NCBI RefSeq assembly: GCF_000039765.1
Contig: NC_004459.3
Span: 1,530,001 to 1,562,000, forward strand
Length of the DNA: 32,000 nucleotides
Reading direction: 5' to 3'
Origin: Vibrio vulnificus CMCP6
GTDB lineage: Bacteria > Pseudomonadota > Gammaproteobacteria > Enterobacterales > Vibrionaceae
Made by a program: the position numbers and the translations under genes. Positions 1 through 10,319 of the stretch are shown here, piece after piece; positions within the stretch are counted from its first letter, which is position 1, and every line of letters starts with the position of its first letter. The notes below the pieces were generated by a model. The model did no database searches. It saw only the letters and a program-made list of their open reading frames with translations, and had not been told where the DNA came from.

Positions 1-516
1 AATTTTGTCTTCGGTGATCAAGTCGAGGGCATTATGACGCTCTAAAACATGAATATTAGGATGGTTGTGAGCATTGTCTTGCAGCGAGGTTTGCATCGCC
101 ATGCCTGTGGCATCGGCTGCGTGCAAAATACGGCGATGGCTATGGCCGCCTTCGCGGGTTAAGTGATAACGCGGTTCGTCATCAGAGTCGTCCTCTTCAC
201 GATCAAAGGGCACACCGCCATCAATTAACCATTGCACACACTCTTTGGCGTTTTCAGCGATGAACTTCACCGTTGCTTCTTCACAGATGCCGTCTCCGGC
301 GATCAGAGTGTCTTGAACGTGTGACTCAATACTGTCTGATTCATCGAATACCGCAGCGATACCACCTTGAGCATAGTAGGTTGCTCCCTCGCTACGAGGT
401 CCTTTACTTAACACGATAACTTTGCAGTGATTGGCGACGCGCAAGGCCAACGACAAGCCAGCAGCTCCGCTGCCCACCACTAACACATCACATTCATGTT
501 CACGGTTTGCGTTCAT
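1..516 (-). CDS. nadB: L-aspartate oxidase, N-terminal part (gene continues past left edge)
   Basis: Minus-strand reading frame from ATG (complement 514-516) gives [39 protein letters not shown]..., an FAD-binding GxGxxG start typical of NadB, open to the window edge. Its position divergent to rpoE matches known gammaproteobacterial gene order. Confidence 0.93.
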   Translation of the reverse strand, partial: MNANREHECDVLVVGSGAAGLSLALRVANHCKVIVLSKGPRSEGATYYAQGGIAAVFDESDSIESHVQDTLIAGDGICEEATVKFIAENAKECVQWLIDGGVPFDREEDDSDDEPRYHLTREGGHSHRRILHAADATGMAMQTSLQDNAHNHPNIHVLERHNALDLITEDKI

Positions 517-739
517 AAAATTTTCAAAATCCCGGTCTAAAGTGAATGAGTTCACTTTGTATAAATCCGCACATCATGTGCTTCCAGTACACGCAAAAAC
601 GCCGATTTACATCGGCTAGAAAGGCAATCTGAGATTAATGCCATTGCTTTTCTCACTCCATCCCTCCAAAATCAGCGACAGAGAGTGTTTATTACATCAC
701 ATTGCGCCTCAATAATTGACAAAAAATTTCACTTAAGTG

Positions 740-767
740 GGAACTTTCTTGATTGGCGCGAGTCACA
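740..767 (+). promoter_or_regulatory. Putative sigmaE-type promoter upstream of rpoE
   Basis: GGAACTT (740-746), 15-nt spacer, GTCACA (762-767), upstream of rpoE. Resembles the sigmaE consensus GGAACTT-N15-GTCTGA, consistent with autoregulation. Confidence 0.65.
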
Positions 768-866
768 ATAGTGCTCAAGTAAGCAGTGGTGTCAATACTA
801 CATTTTGCATAATTATTGCCCATATCTGAGATATGTGGAGCATAACGAATAGGAGTATCCGCTCGA

Positions 867-1445
867 ATGAACGAGCAGTTGACCGATCAAGTATTGATTG
901 AGCGAGTTCAGAGTGGCGATAAGCAAGCATTCAATCTTTTGGTGGTGAAGTACCAAAACAAAGTCTGCAATCTTATTTCCCGATACGTTAGTAATCCTGG
1001 TGATGTCCCTGATGTAGCGCAGGAGGCTTTTATTAAAGCTTACCGAGCTATTCCAAGTTTTCGTGGCGAAAGTGCCTTCTATACTTGGTTGTATCGCATC
1101 GCAGTGAATACGGCGAAAAACCACATTGTTGCCCAGAGCCGTAGGCCACCCGCCAGTGATGTGGATGCTGATGAAGCTGAATTATATGAGACAGGTAACG
1201 CTTTGAAAGAAATTTCGAACCCTGAGAACCTCACGTTGTCCAATGAGTTGAAGCAAGTGGTTTTTAGTGCGATCAATGCGTTACCAGAAGATTTAAAAAC
1301 AGCAATGACTCTACGAGAGCTTGATGGCTTGAGCTATGAGGAAATTGCAGAAGTAATGGATTGCCCTGTAGGAACGGTACGTTCGCGTATCTTCCGTGCT
1401 CGTGAGGCGGTGGAAAAGAAAATTCAACCTCTTTTGCAACGCTAG
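867..1445 (+). CDS. rpoE: RNA polymerase sigma factor RpoE (sigmaE, ECF)
   Basis: 192 aa ORF MNEQLTDQVLIERVQSGDKQAFNLLVVKYQNKV...; sigma region 2 and region 4 (LSYEEIAEVMDCPVGTVRSRIFRAREAV); followed by rseABC. Confidence 0.97.
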   Translation: MNEQLTDQVLIERVQSGDKQAFNLLVVKYQNKVCNLISRYVSNPGDVPDVAQEAFIKAYRAIPSFRGESAFYTWLYRIAVNTAKNHIVAQSRRPPASDVDADEAELYETGNALKEISNPENLTLSNELKQVVFSAINALPEDLKTAMTLRELDGLSYEEIAEVMDCPVGTVRSRIFRAREAVEKKIQPLLQR

Positions 1446-1472
1446 TACCAGTAACAACAATGGTGAATTAGA

Positions 1473-2093
1473 ATGGCTGACAAAGAAAAGCTTTCGGCGC
1501 TCATGGATGGCGAAATTGTCGATAAGGCTTTGATCAAAGAGATCGCTCAAGACGATGACGTTTTGGCCTCTTGGCGCAATTACCACTTAATCGGTGATGT
1601 TATGCGTGGTGAAGCACCACAACAGCCCGAGTGGAATATTGCTGAAAGTGTCGCACTAGCGTTGGAAAACGAACCCGCGCACAGTTTACATCAGCAAAAA
1701 GTCATTGAGCTTACTCAGATGCCTCCAGAGTCACAACCTTTGCCACAACAGGCAAGAAGGCAGTTACCAACGTGGTTGTCTCAGTTTGGCCAAGTCGCGG
1801 TTGCGGCGTGTGTGTCCCTTGCGGTCATCCTTGGCGTGCAACAATACGGTGGCAGTGATCCCGCGGCGCCTCAAGCGGATCAATTACCTGTGTTGCAGAC
1901 AATTCCGTTTGCCGGCAGTGCTGAGCCAGTGAGTTTGACGCGTGAATCGGTCGAAAAATCGATGAGCGAATCGTCAATTCAAGAGCAGCGTAAACGCGTT
2001 CATGCTATGTTACGTGATTATGAGCTCCAGCTAAGATTAAATAGTGACTCATCTCATATTGCAGGTGAGCAATCTACATCGGAAATTGAATGA
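1473..2093 (+). CDS. rseA: Anti-sigmaE factor RseA
   Basis: 206 aa ORF; N-terminal MADKEKLSALMDGEIVDKALIKEI... and one TM segment (VAACVSLAVILGV); immediately downstream of rpoE. Confidence 0.94.
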   Translation: MADKEKLSALMDGEIVDKALIKEIAQDDDVLASWRNYHLIGDVMRGEAPQQPEWNIAESVALALENEPAHSLHQQKVIELTQMPPESQPLPQQARRQLPTWLSQFGQVAVAACVSLAVILGVQQYGGSDPAAPQADQLPVLQTIPFAGSAEPVSLTRESVEKSMSESSIQEQRKRVHAMLRDYELQLRLNSDSSHIAGEQSTSEIE

Positions 2094-3067
2094 AGAAATT
2101 CCTGTTCAGTGTCTGTGCTCTGTTCAGTGTGATGACTCCCCAAGCCTTTGCCAGCGATAAGCCGGCGGAGGCTTTATTGCATCAAATGAGCGAAGCCAGT
2201 CAAAATTTGAGCTACGAGTTAGCTTATATTCTTATCAAGAAAAACAGCATAGAGCCTTTACTGTATCGTCATGCCAGTAAAGAAGCGCAGCAGTATGCGC
2301 ATCTGATTTATCTTAGCGGCCCTGTGCGCGAAGTAATTAAACGTGGTCATGAAGTCAGCTATATAGAACCTGGTGTGGAGCCGTTTACCATTCAAGCCGG
2401 AGAAATGGTTGCCCCGGTCATGCCTATGTTAGGCAGTGACATTGATCAACTGCACAAGTTTTATGATTACGTGCAAGTCGGCCGAGCACGTGAAGCCGGC
2501 TCTCCTACGCAAGTGATCCGTATTGTGCCGAAAGATGGGTTACGTTATTCCTACGTGGTTTGGATTGATGAGCAGAGCAAGCTGCCTTTACGCGCCGACC
2601 TAGTGGATCGTGACGGTGAGGTGATTGAGCAGTATCGTGCCATTACATACACCGTGAATCAGAAAATTGCCGACCTAATGAGTGGTCTTGAAGATGTGCA
2701 GCTACCTGCTGTTCTGACTTTACCGAAAGGGGAAGTGGAGAAGAGTAACTGGCGTGTGTCATGGACTCCGGAAGGATTTGTTGCCAACGACCTAAGCCGT
2801 TATCGCTTGGCATTGACAGATCAAATGGTGGAAAGCCAGCTTTTCACTGATGGCTTGTTTAGTTTCTCTGTTTATGTCGCAGAGAAAGACGATCATTCGT
2901 TGAAAGGCCAATTGGTACGTCAAGGCCGCCGTACTTTGCATAGTGTGGTGGTGGGTGAGCATGAAATCTCTGTGGTGGGAGATATTCCGCCAGCCACTGC
3001 GCAGCGTATCGCTCAATCGGTCACCTTCACGGCTGAACTTAATCAGAATAAGGCAAAACCGCAATGA
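2090..3067 (+). CDS. rseB: Periplasmic regulator of sigmaE, RseB
   Basis: 325 aa with signal peptide MKKFLFSVCALFSVMTPQAFA and MucB/RseB-like body; 4-bp overlap with rseA. Confidence 0.94.
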   Translation: MKKFLFSVCALFSVMTPQAFASDKPAEALLHQMSEASQNLSYELAYILIKKNSIEPLLYRHASKEAQQYAHLIYLSGPVREVIKRGHEVSYIEPGVEPFTIQAGEMVAPVMPMLGSDIDQLHKFYDYVQVGRAREAGSPTQVIRIVPKDGLRYSYVVWIDEQSKLPLRADLVDRDGEVIEQYRAITYTVNQKIADLMSGLEDVQLPAVLTLPKGEVEKSNWRVSWTPEGFVANDLSRYRLALTDQMVESQLFTDGLFSFSVYVAEKDDHSLKGQLVRQGRRTLHSVVVGEHEISVVGDIPPATAQRIAQSVTFTAELNQNKAKPQ

Positions 3068-3534
3068 TGACCGCACTCGCCACCGTCACCCAAGTGACAC
3101 CGAATGACCATGGGTTTGAGGTGGCGTTGAGTTGTGAGCAGCAAACCAGTTGCAGCAGTTGTTCTTCACAAAAAAGCTGTGGAACAGGGGTTGTCAGTAA
3201 AGCGTTTGGTAACAAAAGTTTACTTTGGCATTTAGAGACTCAGCGACGACTTCACGTTGGTCAAGTGGTTGAAATAGGCATTCCAGAGCAAAGCCTTCTT
3301 CAATCGGCGATGTTGGTGTATCTGCTGCCTATCGTTGCGATGCTGCTGGGGGCTTTGTTTGGCCATCTGGTGCTTTCTCCATGGTTAGAGATGGGAGAGG
3401 GGGCGGTAGTACTGACCTCGATGCTTTTTGCGTTTATCGGCATCCTCTTAGCAAAAAAACTGGCTCAGCCGCTTGAGCAGAAAAGTGCTGCTCAGGTCGA
3501 GTTGATGAGAGTGTTTGGTGAACCTATCGCCTAA
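3064..3534 (+). CDS. rseC: SoxR-reducing / sigmaE regulatory protein RseC
   Basis: 156 aa, N-terminal cysteine cluster (CEQQTSCSSCSSQKSCG) and two TM segments; 4-bp overlap with rseB. Confidence 0.9.
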   Translation: MMTALATVTQVTPNDHGFEVALSCEQQTSCSSCSSQKSCGTGVVSKAFGNKSLLWHLETQRRLHVGQVVEIGIPEQSLLQSAMLVYLLPIVAMLLGALFGHLVLSPWLEMGEGAVVLTSMLFAFIGILLAKKLAQPLEQKSAAQVELMRVFGEPIA

Positions 3535-3588
3535 ATTATGATGCGCCCAGAGTTGAAATTGGGTAGAATCTGCCAACTTAACTGAAAT

Positions 3589-3608
3589 GCCGCCAATGAG
3601 CGGCGTTT
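3589..3608 (+). terminator. Weak hairpin/possible attenuator between rseC and lepA
   Basis: GCCGC-caatga-GCGGC (3589-3593/3600-3604) followed by GTTTCT; 5-bp stem and a poor T-tract. Confidence 0.3.
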
Positions 3609-3647
3609 CTATGTCCCAGAATAACAGAGTTTAGTCACCCCAAATCT

Positions 3648-5441
3648 ATGAAGCACATTCGTAATTTTTCGATTATCGCCCATATTGACCACGGCAAATC
3701 GACCCTATCAGACCGTTTAATCCAAGTTTGTGGTGGATTGAGCGACCGTGAAATGGCAGAACAAGTTCTAGACTCCATGGAGTTAGAGCGTGAGCGTGGA
3801 ATTACCATTAAAGCGCAGAGTGTGACCCTCGACTATAAAGCCCAAGATGGTGAAACTTACCAGCTTAACTTTATCGATACTCCGGGACACGTTGACTTTT
3901 CTTACGAAGTATCTCGCTCGCTGGCCGCGTGTGAAGGTGCTTTGTTGGTGGTGGATGCAGGTCAGGGCGTTGAAGCTCAAACGCTTGCAAACTGTTACAC
4001 CGCAATTGAAATGGATTTGGAAGTTGTTCCAATCCTAAACAAGATTGACCTTCCTGCGGCAGAGCCTGAGCGTGTGGCGGAAGAGATTGAAGACATCGTT
4101 GGTATCGATGCGATTGATGCGGTTCGCTGTTCAGCCAAAACCGGTCTTGGCGTTGATGATGTGCTAGAGAAGATCGTTTCTGCGATCCCAGCACCAGAAG
4201 GCGATCCTGAAGCGCCACTGCAAGCACTGATCATTGACTCGTGGTTTGACAACTACCTTGGCGTTGTCTCTCTTGTGCGTATTAAACACGGCAAGCTGAA
4301 GAAAAACGACAAGATCAAAGTGATGAGTACGGGCCAAGTTTGGGGTGTAGACCGTTTAGGTATCTTCACACCAAAACAGATCGATACGACAGAGCTCAAC
4401 ACTGGCGAAGTAGGCTGGGTGGTTTGTGGTATTAAAGACATTCTTGGCGCACCTGTTGGTGATACGTTAACTCTGGCGAAAAATGGTGCAGAGAAAGCGC
4501 TGCCAGGTTTTAAGAAAGTGAAACCTCAGGTATACGCAGGTCTGTTCCCGGTTTCCTCTGACGATTATGAAGCGTTTCGCGATGCACTAGGCAAACTCAG
4601 CTTAAACGACGCGTCACTTTTCTATGAGCCAGAGAACTCGGCTGCACTCGGTTTTGGTTTCCGTTGTGGCTTCCTTGGTATGCTGCACATGGAGATCATT
4701 CAAGAGCGTTTAGAGCGTGAATACGATCTCGACCTGATCACTACTGCGCCAACGGTAGTTTACGAAGTGCTGACCACCAGCAAACAGACTATCTATGTTG
4801 ATAGCCCTGCGAAATTGCCTGCGGTGAATGACGTGGCAGAAATTCGTGAGCCAATCGCACGTTGTAATATTCTTGTGCCAGCGGATTACCTAGGTAACGT
4901 GATTACCTTGTGTATTGAGAAGCGTGGTACTCAGGTAGACATGGTTTACCACGGCAACCAAGTCGCATTGACGTACGATATTCCGATGGCGGAAGTGGTA
5001 CTGGATTTCTTCGACCGTTTGAAATCGACCTCGCGTGGTTATGCGTCGCTTGATTACGGATTCCAACGTTTTGAAGAGTCGAACATGGTGCGTGTAGACG
5101 TGTTGCTAAACGGCGATAAAGTCGATGCTTTGGCGATCATTACTCACAAAGATCAGTCTCAGACTCGTGGCCGTCAATTGGTTGAGAAAATGAAAGAATT
5201 CATTCCTCGCCAGATGTTCGACATCGCGATTCAAGCCGCAATTGGTAACCACATTATTGCGCGTTCTACTGTAAAACAGCTACGTAAAAACGTATTAGCG
5301 AAGTGTTACGGTGGTGACGTGAGCCGTAAGAAGAAACTACTGAAGAAGCAGAAAGAAGGTAAGAAACGCATGAAGCAAATCGGTAACGTTGAGCTACCGC
5401 AAGAAGCTTTCCTAGCGATTCTCCATGTAGGTAAAGATTAA
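3648..5441 (+). CDS. lepA: Elongation factor 4 (LepA) GTPase
   Basis: 597 aa, [26 protein letters not shown]..., LepA-specific C-terminus ([33 protein letters not shown]). Confidence 0.98.
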   Translation: MKHIRNFSIIAHIDHGKSTLSDRLIQVCGGLSDREMAEQVLDSMELERERGITIKAQSVTLDYKAQDGETYQLNFIDTPGHVDFSYEVSRSLAACEGALLVVDAGQGVEAQTLANCYTAIEMDLEVVPILNKIDLPAAEPERVAEEIEDIVGIDAIDAVRCSAKTGLGVDDVLEKIVSAIPAPEGDPEAPLQALIIDSWFDNYLGVVSLVRIKHGKLKKNDKIKVMSTGQVWGVDRLGIFTPKQIDTTELNTGEVGWVVCGIKDILGAPVGDTLTLAKNGAEKALPGFKKVKPQVYAGLFPVSSDDYEAFRDALGKLSLNDASLFYEPENSAALGFGFRCGFLGMLHMEIIQERLEREYDLDLITTAPTVVYEVLTTSKQTIYVDSPAKLPAVNDVAEIREPIARCNILVPADYLGNVITLCIEKRGTQVDMVYHGNQVALTYDIPMAEVVLDFFDRLKSTSRGYASLDYGFQRFEESNMVRVDVLLNGDKVDALAIITHKDQSQTRGRQLVEKMKEFIPRQMFDIAIQAAIGNHIIARSTVKQLRKNVLAKCYGGDVSRKKKLLKKQKEGKKRMKQIGNVELPQEAFLAILHVGKD

Positions 5442-5493
5442 CAGTTTGAACTTACATCTTGCTTACCAGTCATAAGACGGTAGATATCCAAAT

Positions 5494-5533
5494 AAGTGAA
5501 AGGGTTACGGCTCTTTCACTTTCGTATTTTTTA
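5494..5533 (+). terminator. Hairpin plus T-tract between lepA and lepB
   Basis: AAGTGAAAGGG-ttacgg-CTCTTTCACTT followed by TCGTATTTTTT; 11-bp stem with one G:T. Confidence 0.6.
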
Positions 5534-5547
5534 GATAAGGGAAGTCC

Positions 5548-6447
5548 ATGGCGAATACATTCTCACTGATTTTGGTCATCGTCACGCTGATCACAGGTGT
5601 GGTTTGGTTGCTCGAAAAACTGGTTTGGGCCAAGAAACGCCAACAAAAAGTGGCGGAGATTGAAAGTCAAACGGTTAATGGGTTAGATGCACAAACTCTC
5701 GCAAAGGCGAAAATGCAGCCTTGGTGGGTGGAAAACAGTGTCTCTATCTTCCCGGTTATCGCCTTTGTTTTGGTGTTACGCTCGTTTATCTATGAACCGT
5801 TTCAGATCCCTTCAGGCTCAATGATGCCGACTCTGCTTGTGGGCGATTTTATTCTGGTAGAGAAATACGCTTATGGCTTGAAAGATCCGGTTTGGCGAAC
5901 CCAGTTAGTGGAAACGGGTAAGCCAGAGCGTGGCGATATTGTTGTCTTCAAATACCCACCGTCACCTAACATCGACTACATCAAACGAGTGGTCGGTTTG
6001 CCTGGTGATACGGTACGTTATAACCGCCAAAAAGAAATCTGTATTCAGCCAAAAGGTGAGAGCGTCTGTCATATGGCGATCCGCAATAACGTTGTGGAAA
6101 GCGAATTTATTCAAGACGGCATCAACCTAACGCAAACAGATGAACAATTGGGCGAAGTAAAACACCAAATTTTGGTTAACCCACTGCGTCAAGACCGCGT
6201 AGAAGCGTATGCGCCTCGTGCTGGTGTGAGTGAATGGGTGGTACCACAAGGTCAGTATTTTGTGATGGGTGACAACCGTGACAACAGTGCTGATAGCCGT
6301 TACTGGGGCTTTGTACCAGAAGCTAACCTAGTAGGTAAGGCCGTGGCGATTTGGATCAGCTTCGAGTTTGATCGTGGTTCAGATAGCGTGCTGCCTTCTT
6401 GGATCCCTACTGGCGTGCGTTTTAACCGCATCGGCGGTATTCACTAA
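5548..6447 (+). CDS. lepB: Signal peptidase I
   Basis: 299 aa with catalytic Ser region ([23 protein letters not shown]) and [17 protein letters not shown] box. Confidence 0.97.
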   Translation: MANTFSLILVIVTLITGVVWLLEKLVWAKKRQQKVAEIESQTVNGLDAQTLAKAKMQPWWVENSVSIFPVIAFVLVLRSFIYEPFQIPSGSMMPTLLVGDFILVEKYAYGLKDPVWRTQLVETGKPERGDIVVFKYPPSPNIDYIKRVVGLPGDTVRYNRQKEICIQPKGESVCHMAIRNNVVESEFIQDGINLTQTDEQLGEVKHQILVNPLRQDRVEAYAPRAGVSEWVVPQGQYFVMGDNRDNSADSRYWGFVPEANLVGKAVAIWISFEFDRGSDSVLPSWIPTGVRFNRIGGIH

Positions 6448-6469
6448 CTTTGATGATTATCGGAAAAGT

Positions 6470-7147
6470 ATGAATTCTCCAATTGAGAAACTAACCAGAC
6501 AGCTCGGCTATCAATTTCAAGATGACGAGCTGCTCAATTTGGCGCTGACTCACCGCAGCGCCAACAGCAAACATAATGAACGTCTTGAATTTCTGGGCGA
6601 TTCAATTTTAAGTTTTGTCATTGCTGATGAACTTTATCATCGTTTCCCGAAAGTAAATGAGGGAGACATGAGCCGCATGCGAGCGACGTTAGTGCGCGGT
6701 AATACATTGGCAGAGCTAGGCCGTGAATTCGGTTTGGGAGATTACTTAAAATTAGGTCCAGGCGAGCTGAAAAGTGGCGGTTTCCGTCGCGATTCGATTC
6801 TGGCTGATGCCGTTGAAGCCATTATCGGTGCCGTTTATCTAGATAGCGATCTAGAAGTGGTGCGCGGTATTGTACTCAATTGGTACACCTCTCGTTTGGA
6901 AGCCATCAAGCCTGGTGTTTCACAGAAAGATCCCAAGACACGTTTGCAAGAGTTCTTGCAAGGCAGAAGAAAACCGCTGCCTGTTTACACAGTGACTAAT
7001 ATTAAAGGTGAAGCACACAATCAGGAATTCACGGTTGAGTGTGATATCGCGGGTATGGATAAGCCCGTTGTCGGTAGAGGTACCAGCCGCCGCAAGGCAG
7101 AACAAGCGGCTGCGGAATTGGCTCTGGAGCAGTTAACCAATGGCTGA
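6470..7147 (+). CDS. rnc: Ribonuclease III
   Basis: ORF track starts at 6368, but the ATG at 6470 gives [31 protein letters not shown]...; [12 protein letters not shown] motif and C-terminal dsRBD. The 6470 start lies after the lepB stop. Confidence 0.96.
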   Translation: MNSPIEKLTRQLGYQFQDDELLNLALTHRSANSKHNERLEFLGDSILSFVIADELYHRFPKVNEGDMSRMRATLVRGNTLAELGREFGLGDYLKLGPGELKSGGFRRDSILADAVEAIIGAVYLDSDLEVVRGIVLNWYTSRLEAIKPGVSQKDPKTRLQEFLQGRRKPLPVYTVTNIKGEAHNQEFTVECDIAGMDKPVVGRGTSRRKAEQAAAELALEQLTNG

Positions 7148-8102
7148 TAATGAATTTGATATCGATGCGTTTTTCTCGACAGAGAAGAAAAGCACATCTT
7201 CTGAAAACCAGCATTGTGGTTTTATCGCCATTGTTGGTCGTCCTAATGTGGGCAAATCGACCCTACTGAACAAAATTCTTGGTCAGAAAATCTCGATTAC
7301 TTCGCGCAAACCACAAACCACGCGTCACCGCATTATGGGCGTGGATACTGATGGCGATTACCAAGCGATTTACGTCGATACTCCGGGATTGCACATCGAA
7401 GAGAAACGCGCCATCAACCGTTTGATGAACCGCGCAGCCAACTCATCACTCAGTGATGTGAACTTGGTGTTTTTCTTGGTCGATGGGACCCATTGGACCA
7501 ACGACGATGAAATGGTGCTCAATAAGCTGCAGAAAGCGAATTTCCCAGTCGTATTGTGTGTCAACAAAGTAGACAACGTACAAGATCGCAATGAAGTGAT
7601 GCAGCACATGATGGAAATGTCGAAGAAAATGAACTTCGTCGATGTGGTGCCTATTTCTGCTAAACAGGGTAAAAACATCGATGTGCTGCGTAAGCACGTT
7701 CGTGACCACTTGCCAAAAGCAGTGCACCATTTCCCTGAAGAGTATGTGACGGACCGTTCGCAGCGCTTCATGGCGTCTGAAATCGTGCGTGAAAAACTGA
7801 TGCGTTTTACCGGTGACGAACTGCCATACTCAGTGACGGTGGAGATCGAACGTTTTGACTACAACCCGGAAACTGATGGTTTCCACATCAACGCGTTAAT
7901 TTTGGTTGAGCGTAGCGGCCAGAAGAAAATGGTGATTGGTAAAGGCGGTGAGAAAATCAAAACCATCGGACGAGAGGCTCGCCTCGATATGGAAGAACTG
8001 TTTGGTCGCAAGGTTTACCTAGAAACTTGGGTGAAAGTGAAATCAGGTTGGGCAGACGACGAACGTGCGTTGCGCTCATTGGGTTACATTGACGACCTCT
8101 AA
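7140..8102 (+). CDS. era: GTPase Era
   Basis: 320 aa; [17 protein letters not shown] motifs and C-terminal KH domain ([25 protein letters not shown]); 8-bp overlap with rnc. Confidence 0.97.
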   Translation: MADNEFDIDAFFSTEKKSTSSENQHCGFIAIVGRPNVGKSTLLNKILGQKISITSRKPQTTRHRIMGVDTDGDYQAIYVDTPGLHIEEKRAINRLMNRAANSSLSDVNLVFFLVDGTHWTNDDEMVLNKLQKANFPVVLCVNKVDNVQDRNEVMQHMMEMSKKMNFVDVVPISAKQGKNIDVLRKHVRDHLPKAVHHFPEEYVTDRSQRFMASEIVREKLMRFTGDELPYSVTVEIERFDYNPETDGFHINALILVERSGQKKMVIGKGGEKIKTIGREARLDMEELFGRKVYLETWVKVKSGWADDERALRSLGYIDDL

Positions 8103-8140
8103 CTCGGTTAGCGAGAGTTATCGCTCCGATCGTATCTTGT

Positions 8141-8169
8141 TAAGGAGCCTAAGTGGCTCCTTATTTTTT
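8141..8169 (+). terminator. Rho-independent terminator between era and recO
   Basis: TAAGGAGCC-taagt-GGCTCCTTA followed by TTTTTT. Confidence 0.75.
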
Positions 8170-8187
8170 GTGGAATAGAAGCACAGC

Positions 8188-8919
8188 ATGAACGCGCCTG
8201 ACGGTTTACAGCGATGTTTTGTTCTCCATCGTCGCCCTTATAGCGAATCCAGCCTGATCTTGGACATATTCAGCGAAGAGTTTGGTCGCATTACCTTAAT
8301 GTCGAAAGGGGCACGCAGTAAGCGATCAAATTTAAAAGGGGCACTCCAACCGTTTACCCCCTTACTGCTGAAATGGTCTGGCAAAGGTGCAATGAAAACC
8401 TTACGCCAAGCTGAGCCGATCAGTTTAGGCCTGCCTCTGACGGGCATTAATCTCTATTCTGCATTGTACGTGAATGAGCTGATTGGACGCGTTCTAATGC
8501 AAGAAGTGTCGATGCCCGGACTGTTCCATGACTATCTATTTGCCTTAACGGAGCTTGCCCAAGCGGACAATCCTGAACCGGCTTTGCGCCGTTTTGAGCT
8601 CGCGTTGCTGGCTGCGATGGGCTACGGCGTGGATTTTTTGCATTGTGCTGGCACTGGCGAGCCGATTGATCCGCAAATGACTTATCGCTACCGAGAGCAA
8701 AAAGGGTTTATTGCGTCAGTGCGGCGTGACAACCTGACGTTTTTGGGCAATGAATTGATTGCCATCAGTGAGCGTCGCTTTCTCACGAAAGAGCAACTTC
8801 AAGCGGCAAAACGCTTTACACGAATAGCCTTAAAGCCGTATCTTGGCGGCAAACCTTTAAAAAGTCGGGAATTGTTTATACAGATGAGGATTCCCCGAAC
8901 ACGGAGTATGGAAAAATGA
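8188..8919 (+). CDS. recO: DNA repair protein RecO
   Basis: 243 aa, [41 protein letters not shown]...; located between era and pdxJ. Confidence 0.94.
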   Translation: MNAPDGLQRCFVLHRRPYSESSLILDIFSEEFGRITLMSKGARSKRSNLKGALQPFTPLLLKWSGKGAMKTLRQAEPISLGLPLTGINLYSALYVNELIGRVLMQEVSMPGLFHDYLFALTELAQADNPEPALRRFELALLAAMGYGVDFLHCAGTGEPIDPQMTYRYREQKGFIASVRRDNLTFLGNELIAISERRFLTKEQLQAAKRFTRIALKPYLGGKPLKSRELFIQMRIPRTRSMEK

Positions 8920-9647
8920 GTTCAATTTACCTGGGTGTTAACATCGACCACGTCGCCACTTTACGCAATGCCCGCGGTACTAAGTATCCTGATCCTGTCC
9001 ATGCCGCAGAAGTGGCAGAGCGAGCGGGCGCGGATGGCATTACCATTCATTTACGCGAAGACCGTCGCCACATTACCGACCGTGACGTTCGTATTCTGCG
9101 TGAAACCCTGCAAACGCGTATGAATTTAGAAATGGCTGTCACAGATGAAATGATCGAGATTGCCCTCAAAACGCAACCTGAATATGTTTGCTTGGTACCT
9201 GAAAAGCGTGAAGAGCTCACCACCGAAGGCGGGTTAGATGTTGCTGGCCATTTAGACAAAATCAAAGCTGCGACGGAAAAATTAACCGCAGCGGGCATTA
9301 AAGTCTCCCTATTCATTGATGCAGATCGTGAACAAATTGATGCCGCCAAAGCGTGTGGCGCGCCTTTTATTGAGCTTCATACGGGTCATTACGCGGATGC
9401 CGCGACAGAAGCCGACCAATTGGATGAGCTGAAGAAGATTGCTGCAGGCGCAAGTTACGCAGCGGATTTGGGTATTACGGTGAACGCAGGTCATGGTTTG
9501 ACTTACCACAACGTGGCACCAATTGCGGCATTGCCTGAGATTTACGAGCTGAACATCGGCCATGCGATCATTGGTCGTGCGGTATTTGATGGTCTCCATA
9601 AAGCGGTAGCGGACATGAAAGCCATCATGGTTGCGGCTCGTCAGTAA
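8916..9647 (+). CDS. pdxJ: Pyridoxine 5'-phosphate synthase
   Basis: 243 aa, [49 protein letters not shown]. Confidence 0.98.
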   Translation: MSSIYLGVNIDHVATLRNARGTKYPDPVHAAEVAERAGADGITIHLREDRRHITDRDVRILRETLQTRMNLEMAVTDEMIEIALKTQPEYVCLVPEKREELTTEGGLDVAGHLDKIKAATEKLTAAGIKVSLFIDADREQIDAAKACGAPFIELHTGHYADAATEADQLDELKKIAAGASYAADLGITVNAGHGLTYHNVAPIAALPEIYELNIGHAIIGRAVFDGLHKAVADMKAIMVAARQ

Positions 9648-10028
9648 ATGGCTATTGTTGGACTGGGTACCGACATTGCTGAAATCGAGCGAGTGGAAAA
9701 GGCACTTGCTCGCAGTGGTGTTGCGTTTGCAGAACGGATCCTCTCTGCGCAAGAAATGGAAACGTTTGTCAGCTTAAAACAGCAAGGGCGTTTTCTTGCT
9801 AAGCGTTTTGCGGCCAAAGAAGCTGCCTCTAAAGCGTTAGGAACAGGGATCGCTCACGGTGTCTCTTTCCAAGACTTCACCATCAAGAATGATGACAATG
9901 GTAAACCCTATCTGCAGCTTGCTGGTAGAGCGGCAGAACTGGCCCATCAAATGGGGGTTTGCCACACCCACCTTTCTCTTTCCGATGAGCGTCACTACGC
10001 TGTCGCAACGGTCATCTTCGAATCTTAA
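9648..10028 (+). CDS. acpS: Holo-[acyl-carrier-protein] synthase
   Basis: 126 aa, [17 protein letters not shown]...[19 protein letters not shown]; start immediately follows the pdxJ stop. Confidence 0.97.
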   Translation: MAIVGLGTDIAEIERVEKALARSGVAFAERILSAQEMETFVSLKQQGRFLAKRFAAKEAASKALGTGIAHGVSFQDFTIKNDDNGKPYLQLAGRAAELAHQMGVCHTHLSLSDERHYAVATVIFES

Positions 10029-10032
10029 TTAG

Positions 10033-10074
10033 AAGCGCTTTATCGATATTTCAGCGAGATAAGGCGCTTTTATA
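10033..10074 (+). terminator. Rho-independent terminator after acpS
   Basis: AAGCGCTTTATC-...-GATAAGGCGCTT (12-bp stem with one G:T) followed by TTTATAAACTTT. Confidence 0.75.
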
Positions 10075-10319
10075 AACTTTTCATATTTGTCTGTCTTTTC
10101 ACAAATTCCAAAAATACTCTTTTAGTTAGTGATCTTTGTTCCAAATGATCGTGTCGATTGTTGATTAAATTGCATATACTCTAGGGGTGTAGGGTTTTTA
10201 AATATAACAATCATAAATACAAGGTTGGCCAGTTTATCCTTTTTTATTCGCTAATTTTTAACTTGAATGGGTCGGTTTAAAAGCAGTATAGCGATGATTT
10301 CATTAAGAAAGGCGGTGCC

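Noticed and set aside
6368-6469. 34-aa N-terminal extension of rnc, which looks TM-like
   Set aside because: It lies mostly inside lepB in another frame. The standard RNase III start at 6470 follows the lepB stop.
7370-7771. 133-aa minus-strand ORF antisense to era and a 94-aa plus-strand ORF overlapping it
   Set aside because: Shadow ORFs inside a conserved GTPase gene; low complexity and no domain signature.
9309-9752. 147-aa minus-strand ORF antisense to pdxJ/acpS
   Set aside because: No domain or signal recognised; both sense genes are clear and nearly abut.
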